Shown piece after piece: positions 1-11,757 of a stretch of 32,694 nt of DNA (positions are counted from its first letter, which is position 1; the number at the start of each line of letters is the position of its first letter). Where the stretch lies: the NCBI RefSeq assembly GCF_001194135.2, contig NC_068984.1, positions 51,484,084 through 51,516,777 on the forward strand, written 5' to 3'. The position numbers and the translations under genes are program-made. The notes beneath the pieces are model-generated. The model ran no database searches, was not told where the DNA came from, and saw only the letters and a program-made list of their open reading frames with translations. This DNA comes from Octopus bimaculoides (taxonomy: Eukaryota).

Positions 1-447
1 ATATATATATATATATATATAAATTATATGTATTTATTTTATCCTAATTAATAATAATTCGGATAGAATAAATGGGTTAATAGAAACCAGGGTAGCAAAG
101 ATCACAAAATAACTGTGGTGTAATTCCTGTTTTTGAGGCAGAAACTCCTTGATATTTTGGGTATCTGAGTATATATAAATTTAAGGAATGGAGTGAACGC
201 ATGTTATAACTGCATACTTTATTCCGACATATGTTTCGAAGAATTACAATTTATGCGATCCATAGGAATCGTCTATGTTAAAAGTTTACATTTTTAACAT
301 ATATATATATATACATATATATATACATATATGCCCTTTGGGATAGTGGAAAACTTTTCTACTATATTAGGCATTAAACCAGTGAAACTTGGATGTTTCC
401 ATCCCTATGAGAGGAGCTTGCTTCCTTGTATTAGATTAAATATGTAC

Positions 448-516
448 ATGTGTGTGTGCGTGTATGTGTGTGCGTGTGTGTGTGTGTGTGCGTATGTGTG
501 TGTGCGCGCGCGCGTA

Positions 517-557
<41 letters not shown>
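448..557. repeat. (TG)n microsatellite
   Basis: Visible. Confidence 0.95.
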
Positions 558-558
<1 letters not shown>

Positions 559-861
559 TATTATATTATATTACATTAAAGGAAAAGTTATAAACCAAGA
601 CAGAAAGAGTATCTCAAGTCATTTAGAATAATTTAATTAGGGTAAAGTTAATTTGAAGTCTTACAACCGTTTCTGGGATAACCCAAGTGGTAGATTAGCA
701 TGTCCATGCACTGGGTATTCCGTCATCAGAGACAAGGTATGAATATTTTAGACGTGGAAAAATTTACAGTTTGCAAGGAATATAGTTCACAGTTTATAAA
801 GATTAAAATAGAAGAATAAAGAGTAAAAGTAGTTAGAAGAATATAGGCCGGAGAATAATGT

Positions 862-980
862 TCACAACTCATCTTTTTCGAGTGGATATGGATGTTGGTC
901 GTTGTTGCCATAAAGGTACAGGTCTTTAGTTAAAATCCCAGGTAATACATCATTTTGAATGATGTATTCATATTGCAAAT
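862..980 (-). CDS. Probable terminal coding exon of an ER-lumenal protein ending in KDEL
   Basis: Acceptor tttctcgctctgtatacag| then (x)LQYEYIIQNDVLPGILTKDLYLYGNNDQHPYPLEKDEL-TGA in phase 1; the other two frames stop early. Upstream exons not identified. Confidence 0.55.
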
Positions 981-1077
981 CTGTATACAGAGCGAGAAAG
1001 TATGATGGACATAAATTGGTTTTGTGAGTGGGTGCATGAGAGGGAGAGAACTAAGCCCCCTCATATTCTTATATATT

Positions 1078-1110
<33 letters not shown>

Positions 1111-1166
1111 AGATATATATGTATCTATATGCACATATACATATATGTGTGGGCGCGCGCGTGTAT

Positions 1167-1206
<40 letters not shown>

Positions 1207-1349
1207 AGATATATATNNNNNNNNNNNNNNNNNNNNNNNNNNNNNNNNNNNNNNNNNNNNNNNNNNNNNNNNNNNNNNNNNNNNNNNNNNNNNNNNNNNN
1301 NNNNNNNNNGCGTGTGTGTGTGTGTATGTATGTGTATATTATATATATA

Positions 1350-1693
1350 AGGCGCAGGAATGGCTGTGTGATAAGAAGCCTTCTTTCCAACCATATGGTT
1401 CCGGGTTCAGTCCCACTGCGTGGCACAGCCTCGGGCCGACCGAAGCCTTGTGAGTGGATTTGGTACACGAAAAGAATGTATACAAAAAGAACATGTATGT
1501 ATGTATGTATGTATGTATGTATTTGTGTGTCCGTGTTTGTCTCGCCACCATCGCTTGACAACCGATGTTTGCAAAAGAGACCGATAGAATAAGTACTAGG
1601 CTTACAAGGAATAAGTCCTGGGGTCGATTTGTTCGACTAAAGGTGGTGCTCTAGCATGGTCGTAGTCAAATGACTGAAACAAGTAAAAGAATA
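1350..1693 (+). mobile_element. tRNA-derived SINE, family A (internal microsatellite)
   Basis: A-box-like tggctgtgtgataagaagc, B-box-like ggttcagtccc, central (TATG)n, 3' end gactgaaacaagtaaaaga; several copies in the window. Confidence 0.8.
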
Positions 1694-1817
1694 TACATTG
1701 TATATTATATATTCCTACATATGTATATGTAAGTGTGCACCGCAATGTGTCTGTGCGCACTTATATGTATCTATGTATGTATGTAGTTATATATGTATGC
1801 ACATCTGTATGTAACGG

Positions 1818-2115
1818 AGGTAGGCGTGTTCGAATGGTTAGCAAGTTCGTTTTGCAAGCATGTGGACCCAGGTTCGATCCCACTAAATGATATCTTTTTG
1901 TTTTTTAGCAAAGTATCTTCTGAATGAACAAGGGCGAGGGACAATCCAGGCATTCAAAAGACCAGTCTCTTTACACAATGTAATCCCATGATTCTGCCTA
2001 AGAATTAGCTGAGGTTAAACATGATTGGTCAAATACACATCCACGTGCACTATAATTCAGTGAAGAGGTGGTTCAGTTGATCAAACAACTGGAAAAGTCA
2101 TTGTAAAAACCCATA
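1818..2115 (+). mobile_element. Degenerate tRNA-headed SINE-like repeat
   Basis: tRNA-like head with A-box-like gaatggttagc and B-box-like ggttcgatccc; boundaries uncertain. Confidence 0.45.
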
Positions 2116-2344
2116 GTGATCATATAATCAAAATATGCAACAGGATATCAAGAGGTGGTGCAGTACGCCCTTTTCAAGCGGCTCCATTTAATTGAACAAG
2201 GCAATCATTACATCAAATTAAATACAGGGCTATCCTCAGTTGCATAAATAAATAAATAGAATTTTTAACCAGTCGGACACATTAATATAATTTTACTCAA
2301 ATGCTCTAATAGAGCAAGAAGGCGGAAAGAGTCCGACACAAAAA

Positions 2345-2472
2345 CACACACACATAAAAACATATACATATATATATATATACACGACGGACTTCTTTCA
2401 GTTTCCGTCGACCATGTCTACCCACAAGGCCTTAGTCGATCCGAAGCTATAGTAGAAGACACTTGCCCAAGG
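2345..2472 (-). mobile_element. SINE family A, partial
   Basis: acgacggacttctttcagtttccgtc...tagtagaagacacttgcccaagg shared with 26425-26830. Confidence 0.7.
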
Positions 2473-2474
2473 GT

Positions 2475-3075
2475 TATGGCTTTCGGCTCACGATCGTAAG
2501 GTCGTGAGTTCAGTTCCCGGCTACGTGCTGTGTCATTGAGCAAGACACTTATTTCACGTTGCTCCAGTCCTCTCAGCTGGCAAAAATGAGTTGTACTTGT
2601 ATTTTAAAGGGTCAGCCTTGTCACACTTTGTGTCACGCTGAATCTCCCTGAGAACTAACACCGAGTAACTACAGATGGTGCACCAGCATGATATCAGCCC
2701 TGGGCTGAAACCAGTAAAAGATAAAAGATAGACGATACCGTTCTCTTTTGCCGAACCGTTAGAAAACAGCGATGTAAACGAACTAACATCGATTGTCAAG
2801 CGGTGGTGGAACAAGCACAAACATGCGGTGCGTTGTGTCGTTGAGCAAGACACTTTATTTCACGTTACTCCAGTCTTCTCCACGGGCAAAAATGAGTTGT
2901 GCTTCTAATTCAAAGGGCCAGCTTGGTCGCATTCAGTGCCACGCTGAATCTCTCTAAGAACTATGTTAAGGGTACGCGTATCTATGGAATGCTCAGCCAC
3001 TTACTCGTTAATTTCACGAGCAGTAATTTCCGTTAATTGAATCAAGTGGAACACTAGTCGTAAAATCGACGGGTA
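2475..3075 (+). mobile_element. Cluster of SINE family C copies (about 2475-2660 and 2826-3075) with intervening SINE fragments
   Basis: Repeated gagcaagacact...ccagtc...ggcaaaaatgagttgt...aaagggccagc...cacgctgaatctc; 3' half matches the reverse complement of 9439-9620. Confidence 0.75.
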
Positions 3076-3086
3076 GCCAGGTGTGT

Positions 3087-3093
3087 TTGTACA

Positions 3094-3132
<39 letters not shown>

Positions 3133-3410
3133 NNNNNNNNNNNNNNNNNNNNNNNNNNNNNNNNNNNNNNNNNCATACATACATACATACATGCATGCAT
3201 ATATACATACACACATATATACATATGTACATATATAAATACATACATACATACATACATGCATATATACATACACACATATATACATATGTACATATAT
3301 AAATACATACATACATACGTACGTACATACACAAGGACAAAACACACAGACACACACACATATACACGCACGTATTCACACACGCACACACATACATGTG
3401 CGTGCGCGTG
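3087..3410. repeat. Compound (TA)n/(CATA)n/(CA)n microsatellite around a gap
   Basis: Visible. Confidence 0.9.
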
Positions 3411-4967
3411 TATAGGTAGATTTTTTTCTTTTGTTCGGTGGACATAAGGAGGACATAAGTGGTTTTAAATTAAACATTTTTAATCAACGCTGTTTCTTAA
3501 TGATAGAAGAGAAAGAAAGATGGACACTATGAGAGTGAGAAGTGACAGAGAAATAGACAGAGGAAAGATGGAGACGGGAGTGGTGGATGGGAGAGGCTGA
3601 AGGGTCACATTGCGCTGACACAACAATTTTTCCTGTATATAAGTCAGAAGCTTTGCAGTCTAACCATCACATCTGTCCTCAAGACACCAACACAGAGAAC
3701 TCTCCCAGATTTTAGTTTCTGTATATTACAGGTAAATTTTCTACTGTATCCTTCTTCACCTCTCTTCTTTTCTTACTTGATATTTATTTTCTGAAATTCG
3801 TGTTTAGGGAGATACAAGTATTCACTTATATTCCCAACGGCTTGCGGTAAATGCAAGGCGGTTGCAACCTTTTTTTACTTCGTCATAGATAAAATGAGAC
3901 TCACTAAGTTTCTGTATGTCATCTATAATTGTTTCTTAATATATATTGTGAAGGAGGTGTCAGCAAAACCCAATAATTAATTTCTGTATAGGAATGGATC
4001 CACTATTAGAAACGATAATTTTCTTTTAAAATAGAGAATAGATGACATTCATATCCAAATGAACACATTGAAATGGTTACCTAATGCTTTCTGCAAGCTC
4101 ATCAGAAGTTGTAAACTCAATACTATCGTCTAATTTAACATTCTACGTCTTTCTTTCCAACAGCAATGAGATTTTTCATATCATATACCTATCTATCAGC
4201 TAGAGTGGGGAAGAGATGTATGTCAAGTGGAGGCGTTCTTCTGAAGGATGGTGAAACAAAAGGTCAGAGCCGTCTTCCAGAAACTCGTCGGCACAGTGTC
4301 CCTCCAAAATTCCTATACCAGTTTATTTAATGAGCATTAGATTTCTTTCATGAATCCGACAGAGATTATATAATCAGCTTGACATGACTGTGTGTGTGGG
4401 GTTAAAAGCGAAGCTTTGCGCGTTTAATTGGCAAATCCAGTTGGGTTTCAACCTATCAAGATATCGAAAAGAAGTCGATATAATGATTGGTTGCATATTA
4501 TTGTTTACTCACAGGCATCACTGTTACAAGCAGAGTTAATTTCCAAAGGCAAAGGTTTTCCAACCGTGAGCATTCCATTGTTTTCCTTTGGTACAATATG
4601 TCTTTATTTTCCAAAATGGCATGTTGTGACAAGGGGGAGATCTTGGCCACTATTTCTAACACGTCAAGCATCTACATAGTGGCTTTCATGTTGTTTCGTG
4701 AAATTCTATGCAGTGTGCAAAGTGAATAGATCTTAAATAAGGATAACAACGTTATGTCAGAAGGTAAACTGGCAGCAAGTTGGTGGTGGCGATGTTTAGT
4801 CTTAAGTCGGCCATGATTCAACAAACTTATGATCAAAGCTGTTCCAGCGACCATCATTCAGTCTTTCTTCCAGTATAAGTACTTTTGCTTTTTTCTAGTT
4901 TCTTTTATTTGGAAAATCTGTCTGGCGTTTTCTTTTTAGTATTTTTTTCATTTAATACATAATACCG

Positions 4968-5196
4968 TTCTTTTAGTTGTTTCAGTCATTTAACTGCGGC
5001 CATGCTAGAGCATCGCCTTTAGTCGAACAAATCGACCCCAGGACTCATTCTTTGTAAGCCTAGTACTTACTCTATCGGTCTCTTTTGCTGAACCGCTAAG
5101 TTACGGAGACGTAAACACACCAACATCAGTTGTCAAGCGATGGTGGGGTGTGTGACAAGCACAGACACATACATATATATGTATATGTGTGTATAT

Positions 5197-5254
<58 letters not shown>

Positions 5255-5352
5255 GACGGGCTTCTTTCAGTATCCCTCTACCAAATCCACTCACAACCCA
5301 GAACCATGTGGTTGGGAAGCAAGCTTCATACCACACAGCCACTCATGTGCCT
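4968..5352 (-). mobile_element. SINE family A
   Basis: Reverse complement of the 1350-1693 type with a central (CA)n(TA)n. Confidence 0.8.
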
Positions 5353-5469
5353 GATGGCAGCACACAAGAAAGGATCTGCATTTCTCTTCGTGATGTTGAG
5401 ATGCTTTGACGTAGCCAAGTTGCGTCATAGTATCTCAATTATGCCCTCTTGAATCATATTAACGTTCTC

Positions 5470-5680
5470 TGACAGAATCGTTAGTATGCCGGACAAAATG
5501 CTGAACAGCATTTCGTTCGTCTTCGTGTTTTAAGTTTAAATGCCAACGAGGTCGACTTAGCCTTTCATCCTTTCGAGATCGATAAATTAGGTACCAGTTG
5601 AGCACTGGGGTTGATATAATCGACTAGCCTCCGACCCACAAAATTTCAGACCTTGTGCCTATAGTAGAAAGAATTATATT
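5470..5680 (+). mobile_element. SINE family B ((TTA)n-tailed)
   Basis: gacagaatcgttag...gtcgacttagcctttcatcc...aaatttcagaccttgtgcctatagtagaaag; about ten copies in the window. Confidence 0.8.
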
Positions 5681-7121
5681 AATTCTCTCTCTCACTCACT
5701 CACTCAAAACTCCCCCCTCTCTCTCTCACTCACTCACTCAAAACTCCCCCNNNNNNNNNNNNNNNNNNNNNNNNNNNNNNNNNNNNNNNNNNNNNNNNNN
5801 NNNNNNNNNNNNNNNNNNNNNNNNNNNNNNNNNNNNNNNNNNNNNNNNNNNNNNNNNNNNNNNNNNNNNNNNNNNNNNNNNNNNNNNNNNNNNNNNNNNN
5901 NNNNNNNNNNNNNNNNNNNNNNNNNNNNNNNNNNNNNNNNNNNNNNNNNNNNNNNNNNNNNNNNNNNNNNNNNNNNNNNNNNNNNNNNNNNNNNNNNNNN
6001 NNNNNNNNNNNNNNNNNNNNNNNNNNNNNNNNNNNNNNNNNNNNNNNNNNNNNNNNNNNNNNNNNNNNNNNNNNNNNNNNNNNNNNNNNNNNNNNNNNNN
6101 NNNNNNNNNNNNNNNNNNNNNNNNNNNNNNNNNNNNNNNNNNNNNNNNNNNNNNNNNNNNNNNNNNNNNNNNNNNNNNNNNNNNNNNNNNNNNNNNNNNN
6201 NNNNNNNNNNNNNNNNNNNNNNNNNNNNNNNNNNNNTTTTTTTTTTTGTTTTTTTTTACAATATAAAATTCTTTAAATAAACGTTATTATACATGAAAAT
6301 ATCTCGTCTTTTTATTTTTTGCGTTTATTATCTACGTTTTTTCTTTTTCCATTTCAAAAATTTGCCGTTTTTTTCCGTTAATGAATTTCTTTTATCAAAA
6401 ACACAAATTTGTTCAAATGACAATAAAAGATATATTTCTTCATAACACTGGAATTTTGCCTGCTGTATTGATGTGAAGTCATTCACCAACACGCGCCAAC
6501 CTACGGCCAGCAAACACACTATCTTTTCTCTCTACTTTTTCTGTTGTTTCCGCAAGGAGCGCTACTTCCCAAAGTTAGCCAATTGCATGCCACCTCCATC
6601 CAGTTCTCTTCTTTTCATCACCCATAATGTGTTACCCTACCTAGGCAGCGCACTAACCCCTGTATCCAATCCCTGCTTCCTGGAATGTCATGCAACTGGA
6701 ATTTACTACCCACGCATGTATTATTTCTACCTGCTGTTATTGACTTTGAAATCAATCATATCGGTCATATCAGTCTAGGAGGGAATTTGAAAATCATGGG
6801 CACAGTTCCTTCCGCTTGACTAAACTTTTCTTTTAGATTTTTTTTTTTTTAAGGGTATAAATTAAAGATATTTCCATCTAACAATGAAATTTTGCTCGCT
6901 TGACAATGAGCTAGATTTTCATATTTCCGGGGTTTTTTTCTTATTTTATACACTCATGCATAAATATTTTCTTCCTTCTCCAGCGAAGGAAGCCTTGCTA
7001 TTGTTGTTTGTGCTGGTAGTGTTAGTGTTCTACGTTCTGTTGGTGTTATTGCTCGCGTCGCTGCTGTCGTAGTATTTGTTGTCGTTGTTACTTTTGTAGT
7101 GACGCCTTAATAGCAGACGAC

Positions 7122-7198
7122 ATTTCCGGACAGTTTATCCACGCATGCGCAGGGACTAGTTCCGGAAGAAATACAGGAAGAGTCTCATGCGCATGCGT
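7122..7198. promoter_or_regulatory. Putative CpG-rich core promoter with two NRF1-like and three ETS-like motifs
   Basis: TGCGCATGCGT at 7141-7151 (minus) and 7188-7198 (plus); CCGGAAAT at 7122-7129 (minus), CCGGAAG at 7162-7168, CAGGAAG at 7174-7180; local CpG enrichment against the AT-rich background. Confidence 0.55.
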
Positions 7199-7904
7199 AG
7201 TCATCGACATCCAAGCTTTCGAGCTTCTTTTCATTCTCTTTCACCCTGGCCGACGAAGAGCCTAGACGTCGTAGCAGCCTCTCTCCATCATTCCAACTCT
7301 GGAGCTACACAAATAACCACGCAACATCATTGACGGCGTCTCAGTAACCAAAGGGCGAAGTGCTGCCGACTTCTATTGTAATAAATATTGTTGTGTTGAT
7401 AGTTCAGAATCTGCGTTCCGTTGTTTCTTCAAGAAATTTAATGTACGGAAGCGGAGTACACCTAATGGTGTATAACCACTTTCGTCGACGTAATTACTCA
7501 TCAGGCTGGTGGTGCTGCAATGAACTCTTCTCTCCTGCAGGTATTTCTGCAAGCTTCTTTATCGAACATGACATTGATCTTGCTACAACTAGTATTATTT
7601 TTGTTGTTGTTTTTAGTCTTGTTACTGCTACTGACACTGCTACTACTTTTTCTTAATTACTACTACATCTGTAGTATTGCATGGTGGGAGGTGACTGCGA
7701 ACCACAGTTTTATCTGCAAAATCTCTTCTAACTTTTTTTTGCTGGCCGTCCAGTGAAGACAAACTCATGATGAAAAGTTTTACTATGCTTCAAAAATGTT
7801 CTTTCTGTCAAAAATTTACCCACTACGGCAAATAACAAAAACGGTTCATCAGTCCCTTGTGGTTCTAGTCAACCCCCAAAACAGTGTAGAAAACAACCCC
7901 GTAA

Positions 7905-8091
7905 AAATTTTAGGGGGGGAAGGGTTTAGTCGATTATATCACCCTCAGTACAGGACTGGGACTTCATTTTATCGACCCTGAAAATATGTAAAGTAAATCG
8001 ATCAGCATAATTTGAACTCAAAATGTAAAGAGACGAAACAAACACTGCTTAGCATTTTGTCAGGTGCTCTAACAACTTTGCCAGCTCACCA

Positions 8092-8095
<4 letters not shown>
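7905..8095 (-). mobile_element. SINE family B
   Basis: Reverse complement of the 5470-5680 type. Confidence 0.7.
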
Positions 8096-8124
<29 letters not shown>

Positions 8125-8125
<1 letters not shown>

Positions 8126-8290
8126 GAGTGAGAGAGCAGTGCATGCAATCAAAGTGACACTGGGGTAAAATATACAAAGCCCATTATACCCATCATGACT
8201 ACCCGTCTGATAAAAGTACACCAGGCACATGCATCACAACCATATATGCGCGACATGGTGATCTCATATAAAGATAAACAGCGCATGAGT
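8125..8290 (-). mobile_element. Retroposon 3' end with (AAT)n tail, family D, partial
   Basis: Reverse complement of about 13610-13790. Confidence 0.65.
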
Positions 8291-8321
8291 TGAGTAGCTT
8301 ATCCTGATAATAATAATAATA

Positions 8322-8455
8322 ATAATCCTTTCTAGTATAGGCACAAGGCCTGAACATTCGGGAGAAGGGAGTAGTCGATTACATCGAGCCCTATGTGCAA
8401 CTGGTACTTGATTTATCGACTCCGAAAAGGTGCGGCATTTGAACTCAAAACGTTC
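8322..8455 (-). mobile_element. SINE family B, partial
   Basis: cctttctagtataggcacaaggcctgaa...atttgaactca. Confidence 0.7.
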
Positions 8456-8686
8456 AATTAGTCTAAATCAGTAGTGGTTGTTATTGTTGTTGTTTAGACA
8501 TACAGATATATATTACACAGATTATCAGAGGCATTTAAGCAATGATCGTCCTATCGGATCTTATTCAAAACGGGGGCACCAGTATTTTCTTAACGAAACA
8601 CTTTGAAACTTGGGACACTGGTAGAATGTGTCATATAAAACATCTTTTTCTCTTAGTCTTCTTAACAAAAAAACGTACATCGCAAG

Positions 8687-9111
8687 TTATTTCATGTTAA
8701 AGTTGTCGTATTTCTGTAATTTCAACCAATGACTGACGTCCATTCAGCCGAATACATTAAGTGCTGACTACGTAAACAAACGATTCTCAAACGATTCTGG
8801 CGATGATAAAATTATTATTTCCTTGTCAAAAAATGGCTGAAGCATATTGGCAGTAGGGTTAGGGTTAGGCAGTAGCTAATAAACCTTTCATAAAGTTCAG
8901 GCAGATGTTAACGAAATAAACACGCATGAAAGAAAATGAAAAAAGCAAATGTTGTACACATACAGTTCAGGCAGATGTTAACGAAATTATAAATGGAGAT
9001 TAAATACGCTTTACACCGCTTAAACTGCCAAAGGAGTAAGTATAAACAGCTGAATACTTGTCAGTGATTGGTTGAAATTATCGAAATAAGACAATTTTTT
9101 ACATGAAATAA
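8687..9111. mobile_element. MITE-like element with about 62-bp inverted repeats
   Basis: 8687-8748 is an imperfect reverse complement of 9049-9111; internal 24-bp direct repeat (8894-8917 and 8964-8987). True ends and TSD not resolved. Confidence 0.6.
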
Positions 9112-9438
9112 ATTCGAATACAAAAATGTTTTTCTGTTCTATAACACAAAATAGAACATACCTAGGATTACATTATCCAGTTTAATTACATTAATTACAT
9201 TTCCTTTCTGTACGATGTGAACTTAAAGATATTTGGTTGCTTTGAATGGCTGTATCGAGGTTCCTAAATTAGATACTAGAAGTCTGTAGTTCCGTTGTAT
9301 TTTTTATTATTTATAAATTCAATATTGGCAAAGGAGGCAGTGTTTGTTCAAAGTAGTATTCTATGTATAGCGTACATATATAGTCAGAAAGCTACAATAT
9401 TGTGTCTTTCCTCTTTAGAAAGTTTCTTGTATAGACGT

Positions 9439-9824
9439 TGTTGTTGGCACTCCGTCGCTTACGACGTCGTGGGTTCCAGTTGATCCGATCAATGGAACAG
9501 CCTGCTCGTGAAATTAACGTGCAAGTAGCTGAGCACTCCACGGACACGTGTACCCTTAACGTAGTTCTCGGGGATAGTCAGCGTGACACAGTGTGACAAG
9601 GCTGACCCTTTGAAATACAGGTACAACAGGAACAAGAAGTAAGAGTGAGAGAAAGTTGTGGTGGAAGAGTACAGCAGGGTTCGCCACCATCCCCTGCCGG
9701 AGCCTCGTGGAGCTTTTAGGTGTTTTCGCTCAATAAACACTCACAACGCCCGGTCTGGGAATCGAAACCGCGATCCTATGACCGCGAGTCTGCTGCCCTA
9801 ACCACTGGGCCATTGCGCCTCCAC
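9439..9824 (-). mobile_element. Full-length tRNA-derived SINE family C with TSD
   Basis: tRNA-like head ggcgcaatggcccagtggttaggg...gtttcgattccc, (CAA)n tail, 11-bp TSD tgtatagacgt (9428-9438) / tgtataggcgt (9825-9835). Confidence 0.88.
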
Positions 9825-10982
9825 TGTATAGGCGTACAGAGCTAAAAAGAACAGATGTACAAGTAGCAGACAAAAAGCGTCCAGAATGATTAACAAATCC
9901 CTGCTGTCACAAATAGCTGGCAGGGTGGGTAAAACTTTATTAGCAACTGATGTATTAACTCAAAATATCAGTCTGTGTATCTTAACATGGATATACTGTT
10001 TTGAGGCTTTCCATAGCTTATTAAGACATACATACAGTAAGACATACAGAATGCTGTTGTATATAAATTTCAGTAGTATAAAGATGGCAGTGTAAGTTTT
10101 TATAGATTTTTTTTTTTTTTGCAGAATGATTTTTTGTTTGTTTTCTTAACAAAAGAATATTTCAGTGATTTACTAAAACCGTTTACTCATTCAAACTTTA
10201 TTTTATTCGTTTTTTTTTCCTTCCATCCATTTCTTTCATATATTTTTTTCCTTTGTTTCTCAACACATTTTATTTGCTTTCTTCTTTTTTCATTAGATTT
10301 TTCTTTCCTTTGTTTAATCTCTCCTTCTTCAGATAATTTTTTCACCTTTCAACCAGCTTTTCTTTCACTCATTTATTGCATCTTTCTTTTATTAAATTTC
10401 ACTTTTACTCATCCAATCCTTTCACCTCTTACCAAATATTTCCTTCCAACAAATCTTTCTTTCCTTCATCAATTACTCCCTTTTTTTTTCCCATCAAGTA
10501 TTTTCTTCATTCCATTGATTTCCCAATTCAATCAGAATATTTTCAACTGCATATATAAAGCTTCAGTTTCAAATTTAAAGCCTGCATCAGTCACACAGAC
10601 ACTGAAATATTTTTTAAATATGTTGTTGACAAATTTTGTAATGGTAATTTATCCAGTACTTTGGCTTAAAGCTGCTCTAACGGCAATTCTGCTTTCGAAA
10701 AAATATCATCTAATTTGTATCATTTTAAAAATATTTTAAAAGTAAAAGTCAGTATCTGTGTATTTGATAAAACCCAGTACCAGGATACAGTCAGAAACAA
10801 AGTTTTAGTCCAAAAGATTCAAACAATGAACAGTAAACAGAAAATATCCGAATGCGAGCATCCAGGTACAGGTACACACACACACACACACACAGTATTT
10901 CATTTATAACATTTGCATTCACATTTTCAATGTAGAAACAATCTGAGTATCTATCCGTATTTTCCTTTTAATAAAATTATGG

Positions 10983-11179
10983 TCACGTGTGTGTGCACAG
11001 CAATAAAATGAGTGAAACGATCATTAACACAGTAGAAAGTCGAGGCTGAGCAGCGTTTCCAAACAACAGATCATCATTTAAAAAGAGAACTTGGTCGATG
11101 ATGTGAACAATACCATTTGTGGCTGCCAGGTCAGAATGCAAAACTTTTGCAACTTTATGACCAAGTCGGATTGTTTGAG
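10983..11179 (-). CDS. Fasciclin-I-like FAS1 protein, last coding exon (H2 motif and GPI-signal-like tail)
   Basis: Acceptor tttcttttttgcag|; SQTIRLGHKVAKVLHSDLAATNGIVHIIDQVLFLNDDLLFGNAAQPRLSTVLMIVSLILLLCTHT-TGA; FAS1 H2 motif ATNGIVHIIDQVL; phase 1 matches the previous exon. Confidence 0.95.
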
Positions 11180-11500
11180 CTGCAAAAAAGAAATGATAAA
11201 CTCAGATTTATATATAAGTGGACAGGCAGATAAATACAAGTCGACTTAAAGCATACATTCACATAGAATACAAAATACAGAGTACAGGCAAAAGAATAGA
11301 AAATCGTCAAAACGAGTTATGTGATAGTCTTATCAGCTGTTTCGAGTATCCATAGTGTATATTGGAATCATGTTCATACATAAAAAAAGACACATGACGT
11401 CATAAGAGTTTGTAATAACGTAAGTTCCTACGGGCTGGTTAGACATAGCCAGGTTACCCTCACTGGAAAAATATACCTAAATATGTTCTGCAACACAATG

Positions 11501-11582
11501 AATGAATGAATGAATGAATGGATGGATGAATGGATGAATGAATGCATACATGTATGTAGGTAGGTAATAGGTAGGTAGGTAA
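11501..11582. repeat. (GAAT)n/(GGAT)n/(TAGG)n microsatellite
   Basis: Visible. Confidence 0.9.
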
Positions 11583-11757
11583 GTTCCCTAAGGTCACAGA
11601 TATAGGTCGTAAAATTACAAATTAGTCACCCATATAATTTATTTATATATATATATATACATAGAAAGAGAGATAGACAGAGCGAAACAGGGGAGAAAAA
11701 GAGAGAGAGAGAATAAAAGAAAGAAAAAAAAAAAAGAAATAAATGATTGATACTTAC

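Noticed and set aside
4081-4670. Possible upstream exons of the KDEL gene (donor-like sites near 4080 and 4512; a chain can be forced into frame)
   Set aside because: Acceptors are weak, the peptide has no signal peptide or recognisable motif, and equally good sites exist on the plus strand; not supportable without transcripts.
331-6266. ORF-track ORFs rich in CV/YI/HT and those crossing N runs (also 17521-18370, 21605-22702, 31847-32142)
   Set aside because: They are translations of dinucleotide microsatellites or assembly gaps.
6884-7756. Hydrophobic plus-strand ORFs (6884-7072, 7360-7656, 7520-7756) resembling TM or signal peptides
   Set aside because: The hydrophobicity comes from (GTT)/(CTA)-type low-complexity runs; there is no coherent gene structure.
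8854-8869. Interstitial telomere
   Set aside because: Fewer than three TTAGGG units; too short to be meaningful alone.
9750-9824. tRNA gene calls for tRNA-like heads (also 1350-1420, 15917-15990, 26030-26107)
   Set aside because: Each continues into a SINE or PLE body with tail or TSD and lacks a convincing cloverleaf.
10119-10739. 206-aa Phe/Leu/Ser-rich plus-strand ORF
   Set aside because: T/C-rich low-complexity sequence antisense to the presumed fasciclin 3' UTR, with a TTG start and no motif.
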